Of a stretch of 64,000 bases of DNA, positions 45,636 to 56,565 are shown piece after piece. The translations under genes were made by a program, and so were the position numbers. The stretch is from NCBI GenBank assembly GCA_963817915.1, contig CAWFQL010000012.1:384001-448000 (forward strand), given 5' to 3'. The stretch comes from an uncultured candidate division Zixibacteria bacterium. Its GTDB lineage: Bacteria; Zixibacteria; MSB-5A5; UBA10806. The notes beneath the pieces were generated by a model. It did not search any database. It was not told the origin of the DNA and was given only the letters and a program-made list of their open reading frames with translations. How positions within the stretch are numbered: position 1 is the stretch's first letter; the number at the start of each line of letters is the position of its first letter.

Positions 45636-46979
45636 ATGAAGCATATAGACCGTCGCAAATTTATAGGGGATGTTGGCAAGTTGGCCGGTGGGGCATTAAT
45701 GGGCGGCTATATACTGGATTCAGCGCTATTTTCCGCAGAACGGGCTAATGCAGCTTTAAGAAGCTATATATATTTGGCGAAAAACGGAACACCCGCCCAG
45801 AACGTTGCCAAGGTTTTCGAGATGCGTTTTGGAGGGATTGAAAATTTCATTGGGGCTGATGATGTAGTTGTTATCAATCCGAATGGGCAATGGCCAAATC
45901 AAGGCGGATCCAACTGTGCCTGTTGCATGGGGCTAATAGATCTTATTCTTGATCGGCCCGGCGGATTTAATGGCGAAATTATTTTTACCGAAAATACGCA
46001 GGGCTCGACTACTGGTTATTGGACCGCTTCCGGTGGCGAATTGCTTAGGAATGGACCATATAATTTCAATGACATGATCACTCATTATCACAATAATAGC
46101 CATCTGAATGTAAGCGGAGTACGGATAAGGAATAATCAATATGATGCCGCAAATTGGCCGATAATCAATGGCCCCGCCCAAGGGCAAGGATGGATCAGGC
46201 CGGAGTGGCAATCACAGACATATAGTTGCCTTTTTTACTTGCCATATCCTATTATTCGATCCCCCTACTCTAATAAGCTCATCGATTTGAAGAACGGCAT
46301 TTATGACAATGGCTATGATGGACAACCAGGTTTGAAATTTATAAAAATGCCAAATTTAAATAACCATGGCTATAATGGAAACCAGGACTATGCAGGTGTC
46401 ACAAGCGCAATCAAATCCTTTCTGGGGATAACTGAATTAGAGAATGGCACTGGCTCTTATTTCAATGATGGTGTTCATGCCAATATGCATGCCTATCACG
46501 CCAACGGCTGTTCCGGCAACGAACCTCAAAAGGCATTTTTGGCTGGAGAGGCGATCGGCGCTTGGATGAATCATTGCCGAAAACCCGATCTATTCTTAAC
46601 TACAGCCGAATGGGTAGGATGGGAATCTAGGACCGGTTCGGGCGCCAGTCAAGTTCGTACGGTTGGAATTGCCGAAGATCCTGTTTCTCTGGATTATTTT
46701 ATGAGTAAATATGTGTTATTGCCGAGCCATCCCCAATCACAATACTTTGATCCAGGCTTTGATATCTCGAACAATACGACCAGGCAGACACTCAATGGAT
46801 GTAATTCAATGGGGTACGGGACTGTGAATGAACAGGAAATGGCGGCGTATGTATACGATTTCAATTCGCCTTCAACATTCCGATTTGATATAGACCGAAT
46901 GATTAGAAAATTCAAATCTGGTGAAGCCACCCAACAGGACGTTTTGAATTTAATTGAAATGTATAATTCCGGTAATTAA
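45636..46979 (+). CDS. Tat-exported DUF362-like protein
   Basis: GAGGA RBS; IDRRKFI Tat motif; GGIENFIGADDVVVINPN, KMPNLNNH...GVTSAIKSFLG, DPVSLDY. Confidence 0.65.
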   Translation: MKHIDRRKFIGDVGKLAGGALMGGYILDSALFSAERANAALRSYIYLAKNGTPAQNVAKVFEMRFGGIENFIGADDVVVINPNGQWPNQGGSNCACCMGLIDLILDRPGGFNGEIIFTENTQGSTTGYWTASGGELLRNGPYNFNDMITHYHNNSHLNVSGVRIRNNQYDAANWPIINGPAQGQGWIRPEWQSQTYSCLFYLPYPIIRSPYSNKLIDLKNGIYDNGYDGQPGLKFIKMPNLNNHGYNGNQDYAGVTSAIKSFLGITELENGTGSYFNDGVHANMHAYHANGCSGNEPQKAFLAGEAIGAWMNHCRKPDLFLTTAEWVGWESRTGSGASQVRTVGIAEDPVSLDYFMSKYVLLPSHPQSQYFDPGFDISNNTTRQTLNGCNSMGYGTVNEQEMAAYVYDFNSPSTFRFDIDRMIRKFKSGEATQQDVLNLIEMYNSGN

Positions 46980-47019
46980 ATCATCTAAATAGATTTATAG
47001 AAATTAGATACTATGAGGA

Positions 47020-47985
47020 TTACTCCAGCCTGATATTTCCTATATAAAGCGAAAATTCAGCACGCAAATCGTATGCAAATAAATGGATTGCTCTCATCTG
47101 GCCCAAATCCATTTCACGGGTTTTTGGGGCCATTTTTATTTTTTCAATTGGGATATCGATACTATTTAATCCGGGAATAATCTTATAGGTTGCATTAAAG
47201 CGGTCATTGAATTCCTGATTGTGATGAAAATCTTCAATACGCACAGTTAGGCTGATCGTGCTATCCAATGGAGAATAGACCTCCATATGAAATAAATTAT
47301 AACCATGCCAGTCCGGATAAGGCTCTTCAATCGTTAAGGTTGGATACTGCGCCGGCAAAAAAGAAATCTGCGTTAGGTTATCATCGGCAAATCGATTTAC
47401 AAAAGAATCTGGCGGCTCTTTTAATATCGCATCGCGCGTGAATAGAAATTTCGATTGCCAAAAAGATTTGAAATCGCAAATTTGGGGAAAGATCCTATTC
47501 CGATATACATACGAGCCTGACCAGAGCGCCAGCGGTGTTGCAGCTGCAATGATTGCTATCGATGACAAACCGAGTATTATAGATTTTAAACTTTTAAATT
47601 TCCCAATTTGCCATAAACTTGCGGCTCCGCTGATCAATGAGTAGAAACCCAAGAATGAAATCGCGCCGCCAATATCGCGCATCCAATCGTAAATATCTGG
47701 TTCACCCGGCGCCCAAAATTGAATAATCTCCACTAAACCGCCCGTTAAGATGGAGGCTACACATGCTATTAAATAATTTCTGAATGAATTTTGCCGATTT
47801 GCAGGGGAGAGTCGATTCAGCAGGGCAAGAAGCAGCAGCCCCATAAAGCCGAATAAAGGCGTATGCCCCGAATTATGTATTTCGCGCCAAAGAAGAGTAT
47901 CACTTGGAAGATCCAAAAAGAAAATGATAATAAAAATCCCCATTACGGGGATTAAAATCAATATGATCGAGAAAATCTTCTTCAT
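47020..47985 (-). CDS. VanZ-like membrane protein with C-terminal CBM-like domain
   Basis: HNSGHTPLFG, GGLVEIIQ...D..RDIGG; periplasmic beta domain YPT...DWHGYN...VRIED. Confidence 0.7.
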   Translation of the reverse strand: MKKIFSIILILIPVMGIFIIIFFLDLPSDTLLWREIHNSGHTPLFGFMGLLLLALLNRLSPANRQNSFRNYLIACVASILTGGLVEIIQFWAPGEPDIYDWMRDIGGAISFLGFYSLISGAASLWQIGKFKSLKSIILGLSSIAIIAAATPLALWSGSYVYRNRIFPQICDFKSFWQSKFLFTRDAILKEPPDSFVNRFADDNLTQISFLPAQYPTLTIEEPYPDWHGYNLFHMEVYSPLDSTISLTVRIEDFHHNQEFNDRFNATYKIIPGLNSIDIPIEKIKMAPKTREMDLGQMRAIHLFAYDLRAEFSLYIGNIRLE

Positions 47986-48059
47986 TTAATATTGCTAAGA
48001 TATCTCCGAATGAATCGCGATTTCACTATAAGCATCAAATAATTAACGCCTTCGTTTAA

Positions 48060-51000
48060 TCAACGAATGACTACTATTTTCCCTTGCGTAGTGCCGCCGC
48101 CGTAATCCACAACGTAAAGGTACACGCCAGAAGCCAGTTGGCGGCCCTTATCATTTCTGACATCCCAGACCCATTCCAATGGACCGATATCCGCAACGTT
48201 TCTGACCACATCGCCTGAGACAGTGGCGATGGTAATTTTTGATTTTTCGGGTAGATTCGTGAAGGTTATTCCGGGAAGCCCCTCGGACGCGCGGAATGGA
48301 ATCGGGTAAGCGTGAATATCCAGTACGGCTGAGAATGCTATTGGAGCAGTCCATAGCATGTTGTCGGAGCTTGCCCTCCAATAAAACGAACCATTTTTAT
48401 CAAGAGGATTCGTTGGTCGCCAAGAAATCGGCGATATGCCATCGGCGAAAATAGGGCCCGATTGAATCGGCGATGAAAAATCAATACTACTATCGACTTC
48501 AAAATAAACGATTGCCAAACCAGAGATATACCTGACCGTGAACGTCGGTCTATTAGACACAATTTGAGCGCCGGCAATAGGAGCTATACAATCGGCGCTT
48601 GTTAACGGCTGATTTATATCTGTTGTCATTAAATTGAAGCTTATGACCGGCGACCAGCCGCTGGAATCGGGGCCATCGTTCGATTTTGCCCGGCATTTCC
48701 AGTAGTAGGTAGTTCTCTGTGAGAGGCTGTCAAAAATAAAATCGGCGACTGTATCGGCAGATAATTCCTGCTCCAATCGAGGATTGGGGAAACTATATAC
48801 AGAATCCAATGCGAATTCGTAGAAGATATTCCTATATGATTCTACCAACGAGGCAACTACTGTCGCCGCATGAGCGGTAGTATCTATTAATGTTCTAATT
48901 TGCTCCGGCACTATTATTCCGCTCGAAAACGTATCTATAACAGCCTCAGGCGAGGCGTTGCCGACCTCATCGTAAGCCCGGATCGCGACAAAATATCTTT
49001 CACCCGGTGTCAAGCCATCTACAATACATACTTGCGGTGAATCAGCGGGTGCGGGTGCCGGTATTGATCCATTAAAGAACGACGCCATATTCCAATCAAA
49101 TGCGCTGCCGGTATCTGGCATATATTTTATTAAATAAGCGGTTGCTGTTCCGGACGTACTGTCATCTCCCGGAGCATTCCAATGTAACTCGATTGACCCA
49201 TGGCCATTGTATGGTTGGCCACGATAATTTGATGGCGCTGAAGGCGCTGTTGTATCCTGACCCGCCTCGGTTCCATATATTTCCATCTCGGTAAGCCAGA
49301 TAACCGTGGGATAAGAAGTTGGTCCCATATTGGGAGTTTGATAATATCTGATGCGACTCGTTACTCTTGGTTCGAACCAGGTAGTCGAAGTGCTGTCGAC
49401 AACCGAATTATTGACCGTATCAATATCCGCGAAAGCCCCGGTGGTTTCATTCCAATATTGTATCCTATACTGTCTCGAACACATCCAATAAGAGCTGTTC
49501 CAGGCCCAGTATATTTTCAAGCCCATAACTGAAACTCGTCGACCAAAATTAAATTGCACCCAATGCGGCAGCAAAGCGCTTTCGGCCGATGCCCAAGTAG
49601 TGAGAGTGCCGCCGCGGGGATTAACAACTGAATCGTTAATGCGAGCAATTGAATATCCGGCATATGAGCTATCAACTGTGGGCGTGATGCCTATGGCTAA
49701 ATCCGTATAAGCAACCGACGTATCCGTATGGAATTGATAATCGATACTTACCGCTTCATTATTTGATGCATCTTTGGAGCGAACTCGGAAATGATAGATC
49801 GTATCCGCAATAAGCCCGCTAAGATTCACCGAATGGCTCAACGTCAGCGAGGGGTTGAGGGCAGTCGTTGAATCATATCCGGTGGTCAAGCCGTAATTAA
49901 CCTGACTTGTAGCCAATTCATTTGTATTCCAATTGATTGTTGCGGCATGATCTGTGATATTGCCGGAGCCAACATTACTCAATGTCGGAGGAGTTGTATC
50001 CGGTAATGCGATATAATTCTGCCCCGAGCTATTGGAATTCACTCCGCTATAGCTTCTTGACGCCGGCGAAAATGTGTAGCCATTCAAAACAGGTGTAGCG
50101 GTACCCGACCAGTTGGAATCTATGGTTGCTGTATAGTTGCCGCTGCCATTTGTTGTGGGATTTCCGGGCAAGCCATTTATAGCCACTCCCGCCAAACCGT
50201 TGCCCGCGAGTGTAACCGTGCCCGAAATTGTGTAAGTAACCAGATTCGGCGCCAGGGCACCCATATAAGTCGGATAAGCCCCACCGCGCCCTCCGGTTTT
50301 GACCGCTGACGGCGACCCGGCCGTTAGGTGAAAATCGTGATTGACAGGATCTGCGAAGAGGGGATTGACGTTGACCGAGTTGCTATCATAGTGAATATTG
50401 GCAATGAAATTTGGCAAATTATAAGCCGTGCCGTTCCAAGAAGCAAAATTACTTGAGCCCGAATTCCAATAGCAGTTAAAATTTCCATATAGATTTTGAA
50501 CTATTCGGGCGGTGGGTTTCGTAAATCCATAGGAGGATTGTAAGACAATATTATTGAATATCTGCGGGGTTATTAATGGCTCGTCCTCGCCAGCGGCATA
50601 ACGAGAATATATTCCATTTCCCACATTGTAAATTGTATTATTATATACCGAATTCCCGATATTAGTGTATTGCGGTCTAGTGCCGTGGTTAAGCGTCCCA
50701 GGTTCTAGGTTAATGCCGTCTCCACAATTGTAAATGATGTTATTGCGAATTGTATTGCTATCGCAATCATAAAAGGCGGTGATACCCCTCGCCCCTATAT
50801 CATGTATTATATTATTACTGATTGTATTGTGGCTGTTTGTTTGTTTTAGGAAAATCCCACCATCGCAAGATCCGCCCGGTTCGTTGAAAACAAAATTGCC
50901 TGTAATCGTGGAATTTCGCAAATAATAGAAAAGCATACCGGCATGATTTACCCAAGTGCTATCAAATGTCTCATAATTGGCAAAGGAACTGCAAGCTTGA

Positions 51001-51566
51001 ATCGTCCAATAATCTTTATATTCTTCTAATCCAAGCAGGATAATACCGCCGTTGTTAGAGTCCCGGCTAACTCCACCCGTTGAATCAATGACACAATTCT
51101 TGATGGTAATATAGCTTGATATGCCCCAGCTTGCTATTCCTCTGGAAGTTTTCTTCTGCACTAAAGAATCAAACACGATGTCATGGATATAGTGATTAAA
51201 AATAAGAATACCATAACTACTATAATCTGCACCGACCGTTGTAATGATTGGTCTCGGATACGCCGAATGAGCTTTGTAGACAATGGGATGACCCGGTGTT
51301 CCGCTATTAATGGGAACAAGCGTTCCGTGCGCTCCGCTTTCGCCCCAACCCGGCGTAGCATGAGATTCTCTCCACGTTCCACCCATGATTAGCAATGTAT
51401 CGTTAGCCACGAGGGTGCTACAGGCATGACCTAATGTTAACCACTCATGTGTAGTGTCAATACCGGAATAGCTATTATTGCCATGGTTGCTCACGTAATA
51501 TGTACCGCCGTAAGCTAAGCCTGGAATTAGAATCAACATCATTATTATAGAAAGTCTGCGAATCAT
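48060..51566 (-). CDS. Large secreted parallel beta-helix protein with FN3, discoidin-like and C-terminal sorting domains
   Basis: TYYVS..GNN start; beta-helix repeats (NTISNNIIHD, NTIRNNIIYN); FN3 repeats; discoidin-like PHWVQFNFG; CTD HAYPIPF...LASGVYLY...GKIVVIR; GGAGG RBS. Confidence 0.8.
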   Translation of the reverse strand: MIRRLSIIMMLILIPGLAYGGTYYVSNHGNNSYSGIDTTHEWLTLGHACSTLVANDTLLIMGGTWRESHATPGWGESGAHGTLVPINSGTPGHPIVYKAHSAYPRPIITTVGADYSSYGILIFNHYIHDIVFDSLVQKKTSRGIASWGISSYITIKNCVIDSTGGVSRDSNNGGIILLGLEEYKDYWTIQACSSFANYETFDSTWVNHAGMLFYYLRNSTITGNFVFNEPGGSCDGGIFLKQTNSHNTISNNIIHDIGARGITAFYDCDSNTIRNNIIYNCGDGINLEPGTLNHGTRPQYTNIGNSVYNNTIYNVGNGIYSRYAAGEDEPLITPQIFNNIVLQSSYGFTKPTARIVQNLYGNFNCYWNSGSSNFASWNGTAYNLPNFIANIHYDSNSVNVNPLFADPVNHDFHLTAGSPSAVKTGGRGGAYPTYMGALAPNLVTYTISGTVTLAGNGLAGVAINGLPGNPTTNGSGNYTATIDSNWSGTATPVLNGYTFSPASRSYSGVNSNSSGQNYIALPDTTPPTLSNVGSGNITDHAATINWNTNELATSQVNYGLTTGYDSTTALNPSLTLSHSVNLSGLIADTIYHFRVRSKDASNNEAVSIDYQFHTDTSVAYTDLAIGITPTVDSSYAGYSIARINDSVVNPRGGTLTTWASAESALLPHWVQFNFGRRVSVMGLKIYWAWNSSYWMCSRQYRIQYWNETTGAFADIDTVNNSVVDSTSTTWFEPRVTSRIRYYQTPNMGPTSYPTVIWLTEMEIYGTEAGQDTTAPSAPSNYRGQPYNGHGSIELHWNAPGDDSTSGTATAYLIKYMPDTGSAFDWNMASFFNGSIPAPAPADSPQVCIVDGLTPGERYFVAIRAYDEVGNASPEAVIDTFSSGIIVPEQIRTLIDTTAHAATVVASLVESYRNIFYEFALDSVYSFPNPRLEQELSADTVADFIFDSLSQRTTYYWKCRAKSNDGPDSSGWSPVISFNLMTTDINQPLTSADCIAPIAGAQIVSNRPTFTVRYISGLAIVYFEVDSSIDFSSPIQSGPIFADGISPISWRPTNPLDKNGSFYWRASSDNMLWTAPIAFSAVLDIHAYPIPFRASEGLPGITFTNLPEKSKITIATVSGDVVRNVADIGPLEWVWDVRNDKGRQLASGVYLYVVDYGGGTTQGKIVVIR

Positions 51567-51930
51567 GGTTGTGCCTCCATCTTTCATATCGAAAATCTAC
51601 TATATCTTATATCGTCTATAAAAGCAAATTCTATTCCCCTAAACAAAAATACTATTAATTTGAAATTTGATGCGAGTAAATGACTTGCGATAAATCACAA
51701 ATATGCATTTTAACGAGTAACTGCTCAAAAATCAATATTGTTCCATTAATGAACAATATTATATGCCGATAAAGAGGTATGTGATTCCATTAATGACACA
51801 GATAATATTTCTCTTCATATTCAAAAAGACTCTTATTAAACTTATTATCTAGGCGAATTGATTCTATAGCCTTTGGAAATTCACAAATTTAGCATTGCAT
51901 GTCCAGGACCACGAAAAATAGATTTTATTG

Positions 51931-51958
51931 TTGACTATTCCCTACTAATTAGTATAAT
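51931..51958 (+). promoter_or_regulatory. Sigma70 promoter of the FkbM gene
   Basis: TTGACT-N16-TATAAT. Confidence 0.55.
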
Positions 51959-52062
51959 TGAACTGGAAGGTTTAGCATTGCTATTAATTTTAATTAAGAA
52001 ATATGATTTCGCACAAAGTAGATTTTAAATCTTAACCTTAATAAGTTATTAATGGGGAATTA

Positions 52063-52749
52063 ATGAGCAGGGCTGGAACATTGATACGATATATACCGAC
52101 AAATTTGCGAAATAGATTGAAGCAATCCTATTACCATTATCTAATCAAAAGAGATAAATTTGAATCTGAAGAACCAGAATATGATTTTATTGACAGCATC
52201 ATAACCTCTGGCGATTGGGTTATTGATATAGGAGCTAATATTGGAACATATACAGCCAAATTTTCCAAATTAGCCGGAGTGGAAGGTAGAGTAATTGCTA
52301 TCGAGCCGTACCCTGAGACTTTTGCAATATTAGCAGAAAACGCAAAACATTTTCGCCATCAAAATATTACTTTAATCAATGTAGCTGCTTCTGATATTCA
52401 TGGCAAAATTAGGATGAATGCCCCCATTTCAGCTACGGGTCAAAAAATTCATTGGCAGGCACATATTATAAGCGATCAAAGCCTTGATAAGGGCGTTAAT
52501 GTGCTATGCCTTCCGATTGATTCATTAAATATATCTGCGAATGTCAAGGCAATTAAAGTCGATGTTGAGGGTCATGAATATAACGTCATAATGGGGATGA
52601 TAAATCTTATAAAAAGGGACAGGCCCTTACTAATAATCGAAGATAATTCATCTGACATCGATAAAATATTGAGCGATATTGGCTATACTATACAGCGCCT
52701 GCCCGAATCCCCCAATAAGATTTTTAGCTTCCCGCTTTTAACTCAATAA
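52063..52749 (+). CDS. FkbM family methyltransferase
   Basis: VIDIGANIG, VIAIEP, IKVDVEGHE..V..G. Confidence 0.9.
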   Translation: MSRAGTLIRYIPTNLRNRLKQSYYHYLIKRDKFESEEPEYDFIDSIITSGDWVIDIGANIGTYTAKFSKLAGVEGRVIAIEPYPETFAILAENAKHFRHQNITLINVAASDIHGKIRMNAPISATGQKIHWQAHIISDQSLDKGVNVLCLPIDSLNISANVKAIKVDVEGHEYNVIMGMINLIKRDRPLLIIEDNSSDIDKILSDIGYTIQRLPESPNKIFSFPLLTQ

Positions 52750-52835
52750 TTTTTGTTTTCTATTGGGCTTTCCTATATCAATTTTCAAAATGAATTAGAT
52801 ATACAAGCTCAAGGTTTTCCCTGTTTGTACCCTGC

Positions 52836-54234
52836 TCACATTCCCAGAGGTACTTTCGAGATTACCCAGCGGAATTTGCCGGAAGCAGTGCGCGGGATTG
52901 AATCGACAAATTCTATTTTGATCTTCATATCGTCGCCGAGCCTTTTTCGGAATTCATCCATGAGGTACTGCGTGTCTTTTTCGCTGTAGGACGGCAGAGT
53001 AATAAGCTTGATCACCAGATGCTCGCGGTCTTCCTGTATTATCTGCGATTCCGCCACGTTGTGCATCGGCTTGAATGGATGAGTCAAAATCGATGATGAT
53101 ATATACCTGCCATCCGGCGTAGTGACAATATCCTCTGCTTTGGTCGTGACATCCTCCATAAGCGGGAAGCCTCGTCCGCAGTCGCATGGCTTTTCTTTAA
53201 TCCCGGTCATGTCGCTTGTGCGATATCTGATGAATCGGCATTCCATAATTATGCAGACCGGTAGCAACTAGCCGGCCCATCTGTCCCGGCGAGCAGGGCT
53301 GGCCATCCTTATCGATAATCTCGCTGATTCCAAAATCCATGTTAATATGATGACCCTGATGGCTGGGGCATTCTCCGGCAAATGCCACTCTCTCCGCGAG
53401 ACCATAAAAATCGTATAATTTGCATCCGAATGCTTTCTCGATCGTCTCGCGTTGAATCGGCAAAAGTGTTTCCGAAGATGTAAATACTGCCTTTACCGGA
53501 AATGTCTTTTTCACGCTAAGAAGATACCGAGCCATAATATAGACTGTCGAAGGATACCCTTCAACCGCGGATGGCTTTATCCGATTCAGATGATCGAGAT
53601 AGATGCCCAAATTATCAGCCGACATGTGAAAGCTGGAAAAGAACACATGATTGAAAACATAATTTGAACGCCAGAAAGGCGGTTTCTTTTGCGTAATCGG
53701 TACGACCATTCTGCCGAGAAAAAATGCAATCCTGTCGCCAAAATTAATACCGGCTCCGGTCTTTACTCTCCAATCGACCACATTCTTGATCAGGCATATT
53801 TGGCGATCATAGTAAAATTCAAGCGGCGAGCCGGTCGTGCCGCTTGTATGCCCGATTATAAGCTCAGATCGTTTGAAATTACGCGCCGTAAGCTCATCGA
53901 AATTGGCTTTGATGTCCTCACGAGTCAAAATCGGCATCTTAGGCAAATCATCGATAGTCTTGATATCATCCGGTCGAAGTTTGAGAGCATCCATCTTTTT
54001 TCGGTAGTAAGGGACATTCTCGTATGAATGCTTTATTATTGCCCTTAATTTCTCGTTTTGATATTCACGCAGCTCATCGACAGACAGCCATTGGTTTGCC
54101 TCGAACTCCGCAAGAGCCTTTCTGAATTTAGCCCCGTACTCTCGACGTAAAAGCTTGAAGCCGTAATAACTGACAGCCAGATTTTGCAGAAATGCCGGGC
54201 TGGAATCGTAAAGTTTTTCGCTCAGTTTACTCAT
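52836..54234 (-). CDS. Phenylacetate-CoA ligase/CapK-like adenylate-forming enzyme; one +1 frameshift near 53235
   Basis: HTSGTTGSP, FYGLAE, GLHNYGMP|FIRYRTSD, IPRTASGKFR across two ORFs. Confidence 0.85.
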
Positions 54235-55444
54235 TTGCTGTGTTGTTTAATACATTCCTGATTTTTTGTCCAATAATATGCCAGGAATATTTATCGACCA
54301 CAAGCTTGCGCGCGTTAAGTTCAAGTTTTTGCCGCAATTCGCTGTTTATCATCAGATTAATGACATGTTTGGCGAATCCTTCGGCCGTATCCGAGATCAA
54401 TATATCCTGACCGGGAGTAACTTCAATTCCCTCGCATCCAACTTTCGTCGATACCAATGCTTTGCCGCAAGCGAATGCGTCGAGTATCTTAAGCCGTGTT
54501 CCGCCTCCGACCCTGATCGGGCAGACATATACTGCCGACCTGGCGATAAAATCCCTCGTATCCTTAACAAATCCATGCACCTTTATCGAACTATCTTGTA
54601 GCGCCATTTTCTTAATTTCATTGGGCGGATCCTGGCCGATTATATTCATCACTACATCAGGGATCGCTTTCTTGACCAATGGAAGGACCTCATCGCAAAA
54701 AAATATCATGGCGTCGCGATTTGGATACCAATTCATTCCGCCAGCGAAAACCAACTCATTCGAAGGTTCACCTGATTGCGGCGTAAAATATTCAATATCG
54801 GTGCCGTTGGGGATAGTCTCGAATTTAGCATCGGGAGATAATTTTCTCAAGTTGTCCCCGTCGCCATCGGAAACAACGAAATTAACATCGAATTTCCCGA
54901 TTTGTTTCGTTTCATATCCCCGTAATTTCGCTCCCTGTATAAGCAGATATAGTTTCAATAATGGATTTTTCTCGTTGGCTCCTCTCCGCAGTAGCAAATC
55001 CGATTCTACATTATGATGATTGAGTATTTTGGGAATATTACCTACGGGACCGGCATATTGAGCCAGGTCGATGGTATCGAAGAATACCAGATCGAATTTG
55101 ATCTTATGAAGCTCTTTTTCGATTTCACGTCGCATTAACTTTGCTCTAAATTTCCATAATGAATATGGTGAGGTCGAAAGTAAATTGCTTAGAAGCAGAA
55201 AATTCCATTTTAATTCACTTTTCTCTGCTGGTATATCGAAGACCTTAATTGATTCGCAATAACCCGATAGCACCTTAACTGCCGCATCGACGCTGTCTTT
55301 ATCCTGCAGCAACGCCTTCTGATTTAATGCTAATAGATGCACTTTATTGTCTTTGGCAATTTCCCTTAAGACATTGAATGTTCGCTGGAGCGATCCCCCG
55401 TGCGGCGGATATGGTACAAAATGACAAATCATCAGAATATTCAT
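54227..55444 (-). CDS. Glycosyltransferase family 4
   Basis: VPYPPHGGS, HHNVES, PIRVGGGTRLKILDAFACG. Confidence 0.9.
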   Translation of the reverse strand: MNILMICHFVPYPPHGGSLQRTFNVLREIAKDNKVHLLALNQKALLQDKDSVDAAVKVLSGYCESIKVFDIPAEKSELKWNFLLLSNLLSTSPYSLWKFRAKLMRREIEKELHKIKFDLVFFDTIDLAQYAGPVGNIPKILNHHNVESDLLLRRGANEKNPLLKLYLLIQGAKLRGYETKQIGKFDVNFVVSDGDGDNLRKLSPDAKFETIPNGTDIEYFTPQSGEPSNELVFAGGMNWYPNRDAMIFFCDEVLPLVKKAIPDVVMNIIGQDPPNEIKKMALQDSSIKVHGFVKDTRDFIARSAVYVCPIRVGGGTRLKILDAFACGKALVSTKVGCEGIEVTPGQDILISDTAEGFAKHVINLMINSELRQKLELNARKLVVDKYSWHIIGQKIRNVLNNTANE

Positions 55445-56565
55445 TTTGATCTTAGCACCTCTGAATAGACTTCTAATATTCTTTTCTTCTGGATATCCGA
55501 TGAAAACTCTTCTTCGATTCTATTCCGCGCACCTGAACTTAATGACACTTTTAAATTTGAGTCATTTAGAATCGCCAGGCATGCGTCGGCAAGGGCATTT
55601 GCGTTCACGGCATCCACTAACAGTCCGGATTTATTATGTTCGATGATCTCCACTAAGCCGCCGACCTTAGTTGATACCACAGGTTTCCCCATTGCCATTG
55701 CCTCCAGGACAACCATTGGTATACCTTCGTGATGCGAAGAAACCACAAAAATATCCATGCAATTCATAATATCCGCGATATCGTCCCTGAATCCCAATAA
55801 TTTAACCGAATCACTTATATTCAATTCTTCCGTTTTTTTTTCGAGATCATTTCTTAAAGGCCCGTCTCCTACCAAAAGAAATTTCGCATTTTTTTGAGTT
55901 TTGCGGATATTAACTGCCATTTCAATAAAAATATCGTACGCCTTTATCGGCACGAGCCTTCCGGCAGTCCCTATGATAATATCGTTTTCACTAAGGCCCA
56001 ATTCTAATTTTATTTTATTTCGGTTTTCTGGACAATGGACTGCCGAGAAATCCACTGAATTATGAACCGCTGTAATTTTTTCAGCCGGGTATATATCGGT
56101 TAGCTGGCTTGCGAGATCATTAGAAACCGCGATTAGTCTGTCGAAATATTTTTTTGAATAATAAATATTGAGAGCATTAATAAAACCACTCTTTATCCTT
56201 TTAACGCCTCCAAATGGTTCCGCGGCGCCATGAACAGTCTGAACAAGCTTCTTAATGGCGCATCTATTCTTAACCATTCCCGCGAGAATATTTTCTTTAT
56301 ATCGATGAGAGTGCAATATGTCGATATTTTTTGCCCGAAGTTTTTCAGTGATTAAATGACGCAATTGAAAGAAGCCGTGTTTGCTTTCATCAAAAACCGA
56401 GACATCTATTCCAATTGACTTCAATTGTTCGGCAAGTTTACCGGGATTTAGCACAATCGCAGAAATATTAACTGATGGTTCAGTCGATAATGCCTTGACG
56501 AGAATATACATCTGAACTTCGGCCCCCGCCCAGAGATCGCCGGATGCCAAATGGCATACATTCAT
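55441..56565 (-). CDS. Glycosyltransferase family 4
   Basis: WAGAE, AGRLVPIK, EGIPMVVLEAMAMG. Confidence 0.9.
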   Translation of the reverse strand: MNVCHLASGDLWAGAEVQMYILVKALSTEPSVNISAIVLNPGKLAEQLKSIGIDVSVFDESKHGFFQLRHLITEKLRAKNIDILHSHRYKENILAGMVKNRCAIKKLVQTVHGAAEPFGGVKRIKSGFINALNIYYSKKYFDRLIAVSNDLASQLTDIYPAEKITAVHNSVDFSAVHCPENRNKIKLELGLSENDIIIGTAGRLVPIKAYDIFIEMAVNIRKTQKNAKFLLVGDGPLRNDLEKKTEELNISDSVKLLGFRDDIADIMNCMDIFVVSSHHEGIPMVVLEAMAMGKPVVSTKVGGLVEIIEHNKSGLLVDAVNANALADACLAILNDSNLKVSLSSGARNRIEEEFSSDIQKKRILEVYSEVLRSK

